Source: Camelus dromedarius
Lineage: Eukaryota
DNA: 64,000 nucleotides
Reading direction: 5' to 3'
Assembly: GCF_036321535.1 (NCBI RefSeq)
Contig: NC_087451.1
Span: forward strand, 45,570,001 to 45,634,000
Position 1 is the first letter of the stretch, and each line of letters begins with the position of its first letter. Position numbers and translations under genes: made by a program. This document shows positions 1-12,062 of the stretch, piece after piece. The notes beneath the pieces are model-generated. The model was not told the DNA's origin and searched no databases. It was given only the letters and a program-made list of their open reading frames with translations.

Positions 1-222
1 CTCATTTAAGGAGTAAGTGGTTCCGCGGCCACACACCCACGTCAGCAGTGCTTGGCCCCGTGTTCCATTTGCAGAGGCCCCTCCCCCCCCGCCACAGCGG
101 GGCCAGTGTCTCAGACCTCTTCCCCCTTCCTGAGTGAAGTGTCTCCGGGGCTGAGAGTCAGGTATGTGCAGAGGCGTGACGGCAGCTCTAGGATCCAGAG
201 CTTTCTGCATCACGGGACTCAC

Positions 223-1812
223 CGAGCGAAAGGGCGGAGAGCGCCGTGGCCACGCTGAGCGGAGACAGGAGCACATTGGCAGCGGGGCTCTCGCTGGACT
301 TCACGCGGTAGAGGTCGTAGCCAAAGTTGGAGACGGCCGCTGCCAGCTTGTTCAGAGGGACCTTGAAGAAGGGATCGTCCTCCTCCACTGGCACCACCGT
401 GGTGTCGGGGTCCGGGGAGCCCTGCGTGCAAGTACAAGGACCAGTGCAGTGAGAGCTGTGGATGACTGGTCTCCACACCAGTTTGCATGGAATTGTCCTT
501 CTGGTCCCTGAGGGCCGTCCTGCCTGAGGATGGTTGTGTTTAGCCTGTCCTTAGGATGAGTCTGTGCTCCTGCTCACACAGGGGCTCTCTGCTGGGGAAA
601 GGCAACCCAGAAGAGAGGTTAGCTGTGCAGTGACCTGTGAGCCTCAAGCCTAGGACACACGTTAAAAAAAAAAAAAGGGAGAGAAGTCTCCCTTCCCAAG
701 AAACTCCATTCTCAAGACAGACATACTCCTCATCTGCTCACTCTTGCTTATTGCTCCCAGGTCTCCACCTGGACCCTCCTATCAAACTTCCCCTGTTTTC
801 ATGGCCCTGATCAGTTGTCACCTCCTCTACCTCAGGCTTTCCCTGATCACCCCAATCTGAAGGCATCTTTTGGTTTTCTGATCTTTTTTTCAGAGTCAAC
901 TACCATTTACATACATATTAACCACCTACTATGTGTCAGGCTCTGTCTTAGTTCTTTTCATTTGAGTTACTTCATTTCATACTAGTTGATGTAGTTGATA
1001 CCCCTAAAGACTCAAAAGATATCTCAAAAGACTGAGTTCCTTGAAGGCTAGAAGTGAGTCTTTTATATTTCTTCTTATCCCCAGCACCCACAGAGTAAAT
1101 GTTCAGTAGATAAAAAATAAGTGATTGTCCACAATGGCCCTGTATGGATGGGTGTTTTTAATCCCAGTTTATAGACAAGAAAACAATTAATGACAGAGCC
1201 AGAATTCAGACTCGAACTCATGACAGAGTCCAGGGCTCCAGCCAGTATACCCCACCTGCCCTGGCCCCTCATGTGACAGTCACACACACCCCCTGCTGTC
1301 ACATAGACAGGCTTCTCAGCATCTGCCTTTGCAACCGACTGTGCTCTCTCTGGACAGGAAAGAGGCCTTTCCATGCTCTTACATCCCAGCTGCATCCTGG
1401 TCAGTGTTGGAACAAATATCCAAGACCACCACCCACTCAGTAAGACCCATAGGTAATGAGAAAAGGTCTTCACTGAAGGGATAGCGCTGGGCCTGTTAGA
1501 GTGCTTTTGCCTTTCACTCTGTTTGGTCTTACTTTCGTCCCCACTCTGTTCTCCAAAAGACAGGGCGAGTCACTTTCTATTTTGCTGATGGAAAAACCAA
1601 GGCCATGTCTGGATGGAAAGACCAGAGCCTGGCTGGAACCTTGGTGCCGTCCTGTCTCCCACACTGTCTGCTGAGGAGGGCTTGGGATTGCTGGCTCCCC
1701 CATCCCAGACCCTCACCACATCCCACCCCCAACTAACCTCTGGGCCAGTGTTCTGGCAGCTGCTGTAACCGAGGAGGGCGCCAGTCCAGAGGAGTAGCAC
1801 GAGGGCCTGCAT
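223..1812 (-). CDS. SERPINF1: Pigment epithelium-derived factor (serpin F1), 5' part. Coding exons 1738-1812 (exon 2) and 223-421 (exon 3); the gene continues beyond position 1
   Basis: Translation [25 protein letters not shown]|[67 protein letters not shown] is recognisably PEDF. Acceptor AG before 1820, donor GTTAGT after 1738, acceptor CAG before 421, donor GTGAGT after 223. Confidence 0.98.
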
Positions 1813-2419
1813 CCTGGGGTCTGCAAGAAAGTAAGAGGAGGCAGGCTGCTTCCCTCACCCACCACCCTGTACCGCACGGCCACCCTGGGCAGGGAGAGGG
1901 CCTTGGCAGAACTAAACACCTTCCCTCCAGCTTCCGCAGGCTGGAAGTGGACCCTCAGCTTCCTGATCCTTCCCTCACAGCTCCTCCCCACCCCCCACCT
2001 CACAGTCCACAGTCCTATGGTAAGCTTGTGCTTTCATTCCAGTGTCAGTATCAGGAGACCCACCTTCGAGCCTAAACCTCCAGGGCAGTGAAGACCCAGC
2101 GGTGGGTTCCTTTTTGTGGACATGGTCTAGCACAAAGGTACACTGAGGCTTTTCCCTGCAGGCACCTGACCAGCTCATTTATACAGGATTTGGGGCAATG
2201 TCTAGTCACAGCATGGGGGCGGAACCTAGGTCTCATGTAGAATCACAGAATCTCGAGAGTGGAGGCATCGGGTACAGCCCCTGCTGCTCCCCCAAGAAGT
2301 CCTCAGACTCTCCTTGGATTCCTCTGGCCTGGCACCTGTGGCCTCATAATGGACTTGTTCCCTTCTTGGACAGTTCTGTGTCAAAAGCTTTTACTTTCGT
2401 GGTTAGAGGAGTGCTGGGT

Positions 2420-2590
2420 TGCTGGGTGTAGAGTCAGAGAGTCTGGGTTCAAATCTCAATTCTGTGTCTTAATAGCTCTCTAAATCACAATGTATTCTCT
2501 TATAAAATGGAAATCAAATAGGTCTTACCTATTGTGATGAGGATTAAATTAGATGATGTCTTAATAGTACTTAGCAGTGCCAGGGACATG
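2420..2590 (+). mobile_element. MIR SINE
   Basis: CTGGGTTCAAATC...TATAAAATGG...GTGATGAGGATTAAATTAGATGATG MIR core. Confidence 0.65.
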
Positions 2591-3100
2591 TGAGCTCTCC
2601 AGTGGTCCCTGAGCCAAAATGTGTCTCCCTACTCCTGGAATCCCAGGGCCCCCCCTTTTCCCGTGGGGAGCCAGGTCCTCTTCTCCCGACCAGGTTGGAA
2701 ATAGCTTTGACACCCCCAAGAATTCTTTCCTTCAGGTTAAATAATCCCACTTCTTAGCAAGAGTGCCCAAGTCCCTTCACTTACCAAGCAGTGGCCTCTT
2801 CTGACCAGACTTTGGTCTGATCCCTGGACCACAAGGGAAAAAGGAACTCTGGATCCAGGGCTCCACCATCCCTTCCCCCTGCATTCACTGCATCTAAAAG
2901 CTCACCCCTGGCATCAGGATGTGGGGCTGGGAGGGGATGAAGGCAGCTGGGGGCCTCATAGATAAGATTTTCTGAGAGGCCTAGAAAGTGGGCATGTTCT
3001 CAGCACTCAGGACCTCTGGCTGGTCCATGCTTTTCCTCCACCCATATTGCTGAGTCAAGAATTTGTAATCTGTCTTCCCTGCCCCTCACCTACTCTGCAA

Positions 3101-3128
3101 CACACGCACACGCACACACACACACACA
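3101..3128. repeat. (CA)n microsatellite, imperfect, in SERPINF1 intron 1
   Basis: ACACACGCACACGCACACACACACACAC directly visible. Confidence 0.9.
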
Positions 3129-5501
3129 CTTTTCTGACTTCTCAGAACAAATAGGAAAGTTAAGAGTGCAGTGTGTGATGTTTGGCCAAAGTCCTTAAAA
3201 TTAAGTGTGAAAATCCACCGGACAACATTGTAAACCATGAAAGGCAACAAAAGAAAATATGGCCTTTGAGTTTGCTGGGCTTACAACTGGACGGCCGGTG
3301 GGAGCCAGCCCGGCTTTGTCTCTAAGCCCTGATCTCAAGCTCGTGTCTCTGAGTGAGTGTCATGGTCCCCCGTGTTCTCAGCCAGCTGCTCTTCCACATG
3401 GCTGCTCCTGCCGCTCAGGGAGAAATCTTCCATTGAGACAACAGGAAAAGCTTTCTGCAGTGCAAGATAGAGACCTTAACACCATCCAGGCTCACAGCTG
3501 CTCTCTCCATCCGGCCAGCCCCACCCAGAGCTGGCAGGAGCTTTCCTTGTCTGAGCCTCAGCTGACTGGTTCAGTGGAGACAGGAAATACAGTGAGGTGC
3601 ATGGGCAGTAAGGCTAGAGGAAAAGCTGTTAGCTCTGGTCCCCTGGGCCAGTGTAGGGAATTGAGATAGGAGGGAGGAGATGGGGAGGTGTCATCCTGGC
3701 AAAGTGTTTAAGGAAACCAAGTTCAAATGCACTTGAAAGTGGGACCTTCTCTGTAGGAATCCCTTCAGAGTCTGAGCCCAGACCCCAGGTCATGTGATCA
3801 CTGACACCACGCAGATGGGCTGAGCACTGAAAGAGAGGTGAGGGGCCCTGGGAGGGAAAGGCACATGGGTCCACAGCTGGCCCAGAGGCAGTCTCCGAGA
3901 TGAGATGCATAGTATTAATGGCACTTCTTTGAATCCTCCACCTCAAGCCCTGGGGATGAGGGAAGCAGAGAGATTGTTGAAAGCCCCCTGCAAAGGTAGT
4001 GAGAGAGTAGAGTAAGGGCCTGCTTGGGGGCCCCTCTGAGCACACTCACTGCCTGTCCAAGATGATTGTCCTGTGGGCTGGGCCAGGCAGCCAGCGCCTG
4101 GCCAGGAGCACAGGGACAGTGATGCCATCGTGTCCAAAGGGCAGTATCCAAGCCAGACTCCTGTCCTGCCGGGTGGGGGAGGGGAGGGGAGGAGGTAGCT
4201 ATCTTCCCAGTTGGGCCAAACTCAGCCTTACGTTCTGCCACATTGTGCGAATCGAGACACAAGGAACTGGGATTTTGTGATCTTGCCTTCAAGCTGGGAG
4301 GATAAATTTGAGCCAGTACATGTGTTTCAGATTAAACCCAGTTGTGAGACAAACACCATCCCTCCTCCTCCCCCAAGAACCACAGCAGCCTTTAAGCACA
4401 TGGCAGTGGACCTCATGGGCAGTGCAGGGCAGGGCACCACCCTCTCCCCTGGCTCTGCAAGGAAGATTCCAAGCGGTCCCCTTCAGGCCCACCCCACCGT
4501 GGTGACCCCACCAGTCCCCAGACAACTTGATTTCTGAAGTCTTGAACCCTGAATGAGTCGGGCCAGGGTGCCCATGAGTTTCACCTCCCCATACCCCAGA
4601 AAGACTAGCCTTAGGAACAGAACTCCCTGGCCCATTTCTCCTCCCACCCTCAGCCTGGGGGCTGAACTCCTGGGGGACCAGCATAGGCCAGACAATGATG
4701 GGGTTTCCAGGAAGCCTGAAGCTTTTCTTTGGCCCAGACCCTGTGGCTTGTCCTAGCGAGTGGTTAGAGTGCGGGGCAGGCGTTCTCTCCAGCACTGGCA
4801 GCTGAGCCCCCAGATCCCATTCACTCACTGGGCTAAATAGTAGTCATTGTTTGCCAGGGGCCAAAACCCCATTGGTCTCCCAGCTTTTACCAGCAGCTAA
4901 TTTGGCCAAAGAAAAAGGTTGGGCACTGGATAGAAGGACCCAGCTGCCCTCCATCCCAGCCTCCAACAGTGCCAGCTGCTTGGCATTGTTGGGAAGTTAC
5001 CTTTGAAATCAACACCAGCTGATTTTGAAAAGGCAGCAGGGAGCTGAGCCCAAGCCAAGGCTGGGATGCAGGACAGGCTGCTTCCCTGGCTGCCCCAGTG
5101 GAGGCACAGCTCCGGGACAGCCTCCCTTCCTCAGGGCTGCAGAGCTCCCCTGAGGTGCTGCCCAGACCTGACCCGAGAGCTCTCTGCTTCTCCCCATCGC
5201 CACTCTACTGTGCTGTTTCCCACCCGCTTCATTCTAGAGTCTTTCCAGCCTCTTCTCATGGTACAGTGGGGTGTGGGGTTAATTGAGTCTAGCCTCCTGA
5301 CCCTCAACTCCCTCTGCCCTTTTCACCTGCTTACCCTGGTGCCCGAGCTGCAGGAACTGCTGTCTCCCCACCTCCTCTGCCTTGCACCCCTCTTCTCTGC
5401 TCCCTGGAGTCCTCCTGCCTTACCCCAGTACCCCCTAGCCCAGGGGAGCCTCTCCCATCTCCTCCTGACACACGCGCCAGAGCAGAACGGAGCTGCTTTA
5501 C

Positions 5502-5640
5502 CTGTGGGTGCGCTGCAGCAACTCGCCCAGCCTAGGTCTGCACACTGAGGGGACTCTGCAAGCACCAGAGCTTTTTCTGCTGCCTCCCAATCCAGCGTCC
5601 AGCTGGCTTCGGATTACAGCTACTCCTTTCTTAAAGCGCC
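5502..5640 (-). other. SERPINF1: SERPINF1 non-coding exon 1 (5' end approximate)
   Basis: Minus strand GGCGCTTTAAGAAAGGAGTAGCTGTAATC...CCACAG|GTAAAG resembles the human PEDF 5' UTR as recalled. Donor at 5501. Confidence 0.85.
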
Positions 5641-6689
5641 CTGCACTCAATTTGGATTCTGTGATTGCATCATTGTCCAGGGTTAACTTTAACCCACTGC
5701 TGCCCTTCCACCTCGCACCCCTAAGACGCACACATTCACACACTCGACTCCTCCACCAGACCTTCCTTCAGCGCCCTGGCCCTCCCACCCAAGAGGGTAG
5801 CGTGACCAGCCTGGGTGGGAACTGGGACTGAGAAAGAGTCTCGCAAGGTGAGGCCCAGGAGGCAGGCTGGAGTGGAGAAAACACTGGCCCAGAACTGGGG
5901 CTCTAGGTTTTTCCTGGTGCTTGGCTCTGGGACTAACTGGGATTGGGGGCAAGACATTGCTCATAGCCGAAAAATGAAGGGATGGAACTGGAATGTCTGT
6001 GGGTTTCTTCAGCCCTGAAATGCTGATTTCTGAAGATCAGAAAGGGCCGTTGGGAAATACTTGACCCGAGGAAGAAAGGAGATGGACTGTAAACATTAGT
6101 CCTGAGAGGTGGCTGAGCGTGTGCCTGGCACCCACCTGGGCACCGCAGAAGTCACCTGTGAGGAGAGCACTGAGGCCCTGCTCACCTGGAGGTGTTTAAG
6201 GACTGCAGTGCAGTTGTGAGACTAAAACACTGACGTGGGAAATAATTAGAAAATGTACCAAAACATTTTCTCAGCACCTGTGAGTCCTGATCAAAAGCCT
6301 AGTGGTCATTCAGAAAAGAAAGAAGAGTGCGCTGGGCTATTTAGAGGAAAAGAAAGTTTAGGGGAACCTCACCTCATGTGAGGCTCCAGGGAGCAGAGCT
6401 AGAGCCTCTGGGTAGAACTTTCCAATGGACCAGGTTCAGCTTTGTGTAAGGAAGAGTGTGTCAACAGTCAGAGTTCAGTCCTTTCAACCATAAATTGAGG
6501 ACCTGTACTCAAAGCACCCACTAGGTACTCGGCAGAGAAGGAGTACAAAGATGGTGAAGACTCAGTGCCCACCCTCCAGAAGCTTACTGGCTGATAACAG
6601 AGGCTGATATGAGAAAAGATCCCAGATCCTTCCAGTACAACGCGGCACATTCTGTGACAGCAGTCTCTACAACCACTCCATCCTTTACA

Positions 6690-6951
6690 ACAGCCATTAG
6701 CCACGTGCGGCCACGGAGCACTTGAGGCCAGTCTGAGCTGTGATCTGCTGTAAGTGTAAAATACACACCAGATTTTGAATACTTATTGTGAAAAACAATG
6801 TAAGCTATCTCAATAATTTTGACCCTGATTACATTGGGTTAACTAAAATATACTATTAAAATTAATTTCACCTATTTCTTTTTTCATAGAGCTGCTAGAA
6901 AATCTTAAGTTACGTATGTAATTTGCATTGTGTTTCTATTGGACAGCACTG
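6690..6951 (-). mobile_element. hAT-Charlie non-autonomous element, MER33-like
   Basis: AGCCATTAGCCACGTGCGGCC...GCTGTAAGTGTAAAATACACACCAGATTTTGAA...TTTCTATTGGACAGCACTG resembles reversed MER33 as recalled. Confidence 0.65.
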
Positions 6952-7049
6952 CCCTGTAGGGTCTCATGGCAGCACAGTTGGAATATACGAATCTAAGCTA
7001 AGCCTTGAAAGGTGAATAAGAATGAGCTAAGGATAGAAAGGTGGGAAGG

Positions 7050-8540
7050 CATGACTATCCATGTGAACAAGTTAAAATTGGATCCCTATCTCACACCATA
7101 TACAGAAATTAACTAAAGATGCATTCGAGATTTAAGTGTTTCTGGAAGACAATTTGCAGACCCTTTTCAATGACTTTTTACTTAAGTTATCCACTTATTT
7201 TTGAATAGGTGTTTTGTTCACATGGTGCAAAACTCAAAAGCAACTGAAAATATGCAGTGAATCTTTCACTCTGATCTCCAGGCCACCTGATTCCACTCCC
7301 TGAAGATGGCTGATGTTAATCTCTTTCCTGTGTATCCTTTCAGAGATCATTTTAATGGTTTAAAAAGCAAATCCAAACACATATATACAACAGGAAAAAT
7401 TGTAAGTGTTTTAGAAAAATGTATAGATGCATTCCTTTGTGATCTCTGAGTAGGAAAAATTTTTTTAGACAGGACACCAAAAAGAAGCACAAATTATAAA
7501 AGACTGACAAATCTGGCACTGAAATTAAAAACTTGTTTTCATGGAAAGATACCATAAAACAAAATGAAAAGACAAACCTCACACTAAGAGACAATATTTA
7601 TAACACAGATAACTGATAAAAAAGATTACTTACTGTAATACAGAAAGAACTACAAATCAATTAAAAAGAAAGAAAGAAAAACAATTTAGCAGAAAAATAG
7701 GCCCAGATAATTCACAGATTAATTGTAAGTGGCCAGTAAACTTACGAAAAGATGTTTTATCCTCCCCAGTAATCAGGAGGAATGCAAATTAAAACCATAA
7801 TTTGATGAGCAGATTTCACGCTCATGGGCAAAACTTAGACATCTGACAGCATCAAGTGTTCGTGAAGATGTGGACAACCAGGATCTCTTAGGCCCTGCTG
7901 ATGAGAATGTAAACTGATACAACCACTTTGAAGAACAATCTGGCAACAAATGGTAAAGTTGTGCATAACCGTCTGTGGCAGCCATGGCAGTAAAGATGGA
8001 AAACCCAAACCCACAGCTCAGCAATTCCACTCCTAAGCAAGTGACCCGAAAAGACTGCATATGTGCACAGAAGGTAACAAGAATGTTATAGCAGCACTGT
8101 GTAGTGGCAAAAAAAAAAAAAAAAAAAAAAAAAAGGAAGCTCCCTACATATCCATGGACAGGAGACTAGATAAAGTGCGAAAAAGCAAAGCCAAAGCTGT
8201 GAGAAATACTGAAGGGAAGAAGGGAAGCCACTTACACCAATACAGATTCATCTCACAAGGTTGAGTGATAACCAAGTTGCAGAAGACAAACAGATGATAC
8301 ATTTATGGAAAGCTTAAACATACACACACTGATACTATATACCACTCAGGGGTTAAAAACTCATGTGGTGAAAGTAAAAGAGATGCATGAAAATGATAAA
8401 AACCAAATTCAGGATGACAGTTGGGGGGGGTGGGGAAAGGAGTGGGGAAGGGAATGCAGGGTTATCACTATGTTGAGAATATTTTTTAAGCTGGACAATA
8501 GCATTATGCAATTTTCTATACCTTTTAGTATGTCCTAATT
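7050..8540 (+). mobile_element. Degenerate L1 (L1M-type) ORF2/3' remnants
   Basis: TTGGATCCCTATCTCACACCATATACAGAAATTAAC, AACCACTTTGAAGAACAATCTGGC and GCAATTCCACTCCTAAG; A-rich; poly(A) expansion at 8109-8134. Confidence 0.75.
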
Positions 8541-8849
8541 ATTTTATAAGAACTTGTAAAGAAAGATTTCCCTTTCCTCCAATTAGTGTGAAAGTAGTGT
8601 GTCCCACTCCTGCCAAAGGAGGTTCTTCAAGGACTTTGCTCCTGCAGGTAGCCCCTCTCCTGCATAATCAATGTATCCCTCTCTGAAGGACCAATCCAAA
8701 GCCTTTAAACATCCTCTCTCACTCCCGTCTTTAAAGACACTTCCTTTATTGACACATTCCCTAAAGGTACTGTCCATTTCTCCATCCTCCCTCACAGCCC
8801 CGTGGGAAAGAGCTATTTACTCTTGCATCTGCTCTGTCTTAGCACCTTT

Positions 8850-10700
8850 CCCTCCTCAACTGTAAACTTGCTTCTGTGCCCACCCCCCCCACCTTTGAAA
8901 CTGCTGTCGCCAAGTTCACAGATGATCTCTGAGTTGACTACCAAATGGACATCTCTGCCCTTGGCAGCAAAGCAAACTTCCTCCGTCTTGAAACCCTGAC
9001 TCTCCACACCCTCCTATTTTTCTTCCACCTCACAAGCCACATCTTTTCTATCTTCTTTGCTCGCTTGATCCTGGGACCCTTTTTCTTCTCCATCGACATC
9101 TCCTCTGAGGTGACTTCCACCAGTTCCATGACTTTAAATGCATCTGTGTGCTCCCAGATACACACTTCCAGCCCTGACCAAGATACTCAATTTGATGTAG
9201 CCACTTGGATGCCTGGCAAGTACGAGGAACAGGTAATTTATCATCCAAACCCTTCTAAGTGCAAAAGCAGGTGCTATGAGTTAAGCTGGAACCACAGACA
9301 TAACTCAAACTGTCCTAGGCAGACTGGGACCTATAGTCACACTGTATTAGTGTGGCATTCCAGTCATAACATGTTCAAAATGGAAATCTCCAATCAGCCC
9401 TGAAATCTGTGCTTCATTCTGATTCCTATCTCAGTAAAAACCATTTTCTCAAGACAAAAATCCAAGGATTTGAGGGATGAACTCCATCATCCTTGTCTTT
9501 CCTCTCCCTCATTTCCCATACAATCTATGCACAAATTATATATCGTCTACCTGCAAAATATGGCTGAAGCCGGACCACTTACCTGCATTTCCACAGCCAG
9601 CACCCTGGACCAAGCCATCTACATTTCTTGCCTGCTAACCAGCCTCCCTTCTCCCGGATTTGTCCCTCTACAGTCTTCACACAGCGGCCAAGTGAGCCTC
9701 CCAGAGTTTATCTCCAACCGTGGCACCCCTCAATTAAAGCTTTCCCCAGGGAATGAATAATTGCCATCCGCAACGACACTGATGAATCTCACAAACAGGA
9801 GGTTGAATGAAAGAAGCTGGGCACAAGAGAGCACAGACTATGATTCCTTTACAGAAAGTTCAAAACCAGGAAAAACTAGTCTGTTAGCAGAAGTGAGGAG
9901 AGTGAGTACTGTTTCTTGATCTGGGTGTTGGTTGTACCGGGGTACTTGGTTCAAGGAAAAAAGTCATAACGCTTAGGTACAGTTCGGACTCGTGCACTTG
10001 GCACACTATACTACAACACAAAATTTTAACTTGTTTATTGTCTGGACCACTCTACCACCAGGTTTAGGCTCTGGGCAAGTAGGATCTTGTCGGCTTTTTC
10101 ATTGCTGCAGTCCCAGAGTCTGGGGCGCTGCCAGGCGCACAGGAGGCACTTGATAAGTATTCACAGGGTGGAGGATGCAGTGAAGGCAGCCAGACCAGCT
10201 GCCCGGAGAACACAGGAGGCGACAGCAGTGGTCCTCAGGAGTGATGACTAGATCCAAACCATGGCTAGAGCCCAAGTGGAGAGGAGGAGAGAGCTGAGAA
10301 AACTCAGGAGGTAAAATTAAGATGGGGGGGCTTGCTGATTTCGCTTTCCAGTTACCTCTTACCTCTCCTAAAATAACGACAGTCTTTGCAGTGGCCCTAA
10401 AGCCCTCCGAGATCTGTCCCCGGTTCCTCTCTGCCTCTTTCCTACTCCTTCCCCCTCACTCCCTCCACTCCAGGCCCACAGATCTCCTGCTCATCCTGAA
10501 TCCTGGGAGCAGCTCCCGCTCCTCTGCCCAGGACTCTCTTCCCCAAGATGTCCCCGTGTTGCCACCTTCACCTCCTTCTAGTCTCTGCTCCAAAGTCACC
10601 TGCTCAGGGAGGCCTTCCCAGCTTTATTTCTCATCAGACCTCTCATCACTCTGTGACACACCATATATTTCACTTGTTGATTTATTACCCAGCTCCCCCT
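8850..10700. mobile_element. Fragmented L2 remnants, with an L1 3' piece at ~9750-10030
   Basis: Pyrimidine-rich L2-like tracts such as CTCTGCTCCAAAGTCACCTGCTCAGGGAGGCCTTCCC. Boundaries are approximate. Confidence 0.55.
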
Positions 10701-11338
10701 ACTTGGTTTGAAAGAAACGAGATTGCATCCCAGGCACTTGCTCTTAACCCTGCACTACAGGGCTGCAGGTGACTGCTGCCGCATGGATGCCCTGCACTCA
10801 CAGACAAGGGCCCACCCACGAGGACACCCATGCTGCCCCCGGCCCTGTGCCAAGGTGCCCCCAATGACTTCCCCCAAATCCTCAGGTGCTGACAGCCTTC
10901 AGCCGGAGCCCAGTGCTCCCGGCAGCCTGCCCCCGGCTGGCGGGCGCCAGATCCTGGCAGAGGGGGCCGGCATGTAATTAGAAACTCCTCAAGCTCCCTA
11001 ATTGCCAGTTCTTCTCCCAAACCAGGAGGCTGGCGCTATTCTGAGCCACTCCTGTTGCTGGCTGCCTGAGGCCCATAGAGAGAGAGGAATAGACTGAGGG
11101 CAGAGCCAGGCTGGCATGGCGGTGGCTCTGGAGAGGGCTGGCACAGTCAAGGGGACTGCACAGGAGAAGGGCTGGCGAGTGGCCAGAGGCCAAACGTGGC
11201 ACGGAGGGCTGCTGCTCCAGCGGCCCGGCCTGCTTCTCAGTGAGTCTGCCCTGTGGCCTCCTCCCCGCCTTCCTCCAGCCCCCGTCCTCCCACCCATGCC
11301 CAGAAGAGTGACATCAAAGCAGACAGGCCCATTCATTC

Positions 11339-11344
11339 TTTATT
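11339..11344 (-). terminator. SERPINF2: Probable SERPINF2 polyadenylation signal AATAAA
   Basis: TTTATT on the plus strand about 720 nt downstream of the stop codon. Confidence 0.7.
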
Positions 11345-12062
11345 CAGGTGGCATAAAAATCACTACAAAAACTTTGCAAAAGAGCCTTAGGGAGCTGATG
11401 CCCCCCCCCACCCCCTCAGCCCCTGAGTCCCCGGGCAGAGGGGAGAGTAAGGAAGGGGAGTCCTGGCAGTGTTGGTACCTCCAAGGACCAGCGGGGAGAC
11501 TAAGGTGACAGGGTGGGCTGGAGGCTGGTGGGCCCTGGATGGCTTAGGACACAGGCAGTTGTGTGGGGGGGCTCGACCTCCATCCACAGAGCAGGACGAG
11601 GCCAACCCACAACATCTAGCCCACGACAGTGCTTGGCATCCCTGGGCCACCCCCGGGGCCTGTCTTTCCTCTCCCCAGTCAGGGTGTCTACTCCCCTCTG
11701 TCCCCCTCTTTCTGGTAAACAGGTGAGGAGGTGCCCCAGCCGACTTAGGGAATAAGCTACTAGCTTCCTGACAAAAATGAATTCACAGCTGCCCCTCTGC
11801 CCAAGTCCCAACAAGAACACCCTCTGAGCCCCTTTGGAAGAAATGATGGGAGATCGAGGCCCATGGTTCCCTGATGCCTGCTCTCCTCCTGGCACCACCC
11901 CACCCCAAACACCCCAAAAGGAGATGGGAGAGAAGGGCTCCTCTCCTCTCCCAGCTGCCCACCCAGGCCCCCACCCCCATCCCACAAAACTGTTTGGATA
12001 GAGTCACATGAGTTGAGAAGCTGGTCCAAGCAGGGACTCGGGACGCTGGCGGCCACAGCCCT

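Noticed and set aside
8945-9403. 152-aa hydrophobic ORF
   Set aside because: Lies in pyrimidine-rich L2-like remnant sequence; no splice or promoter support.
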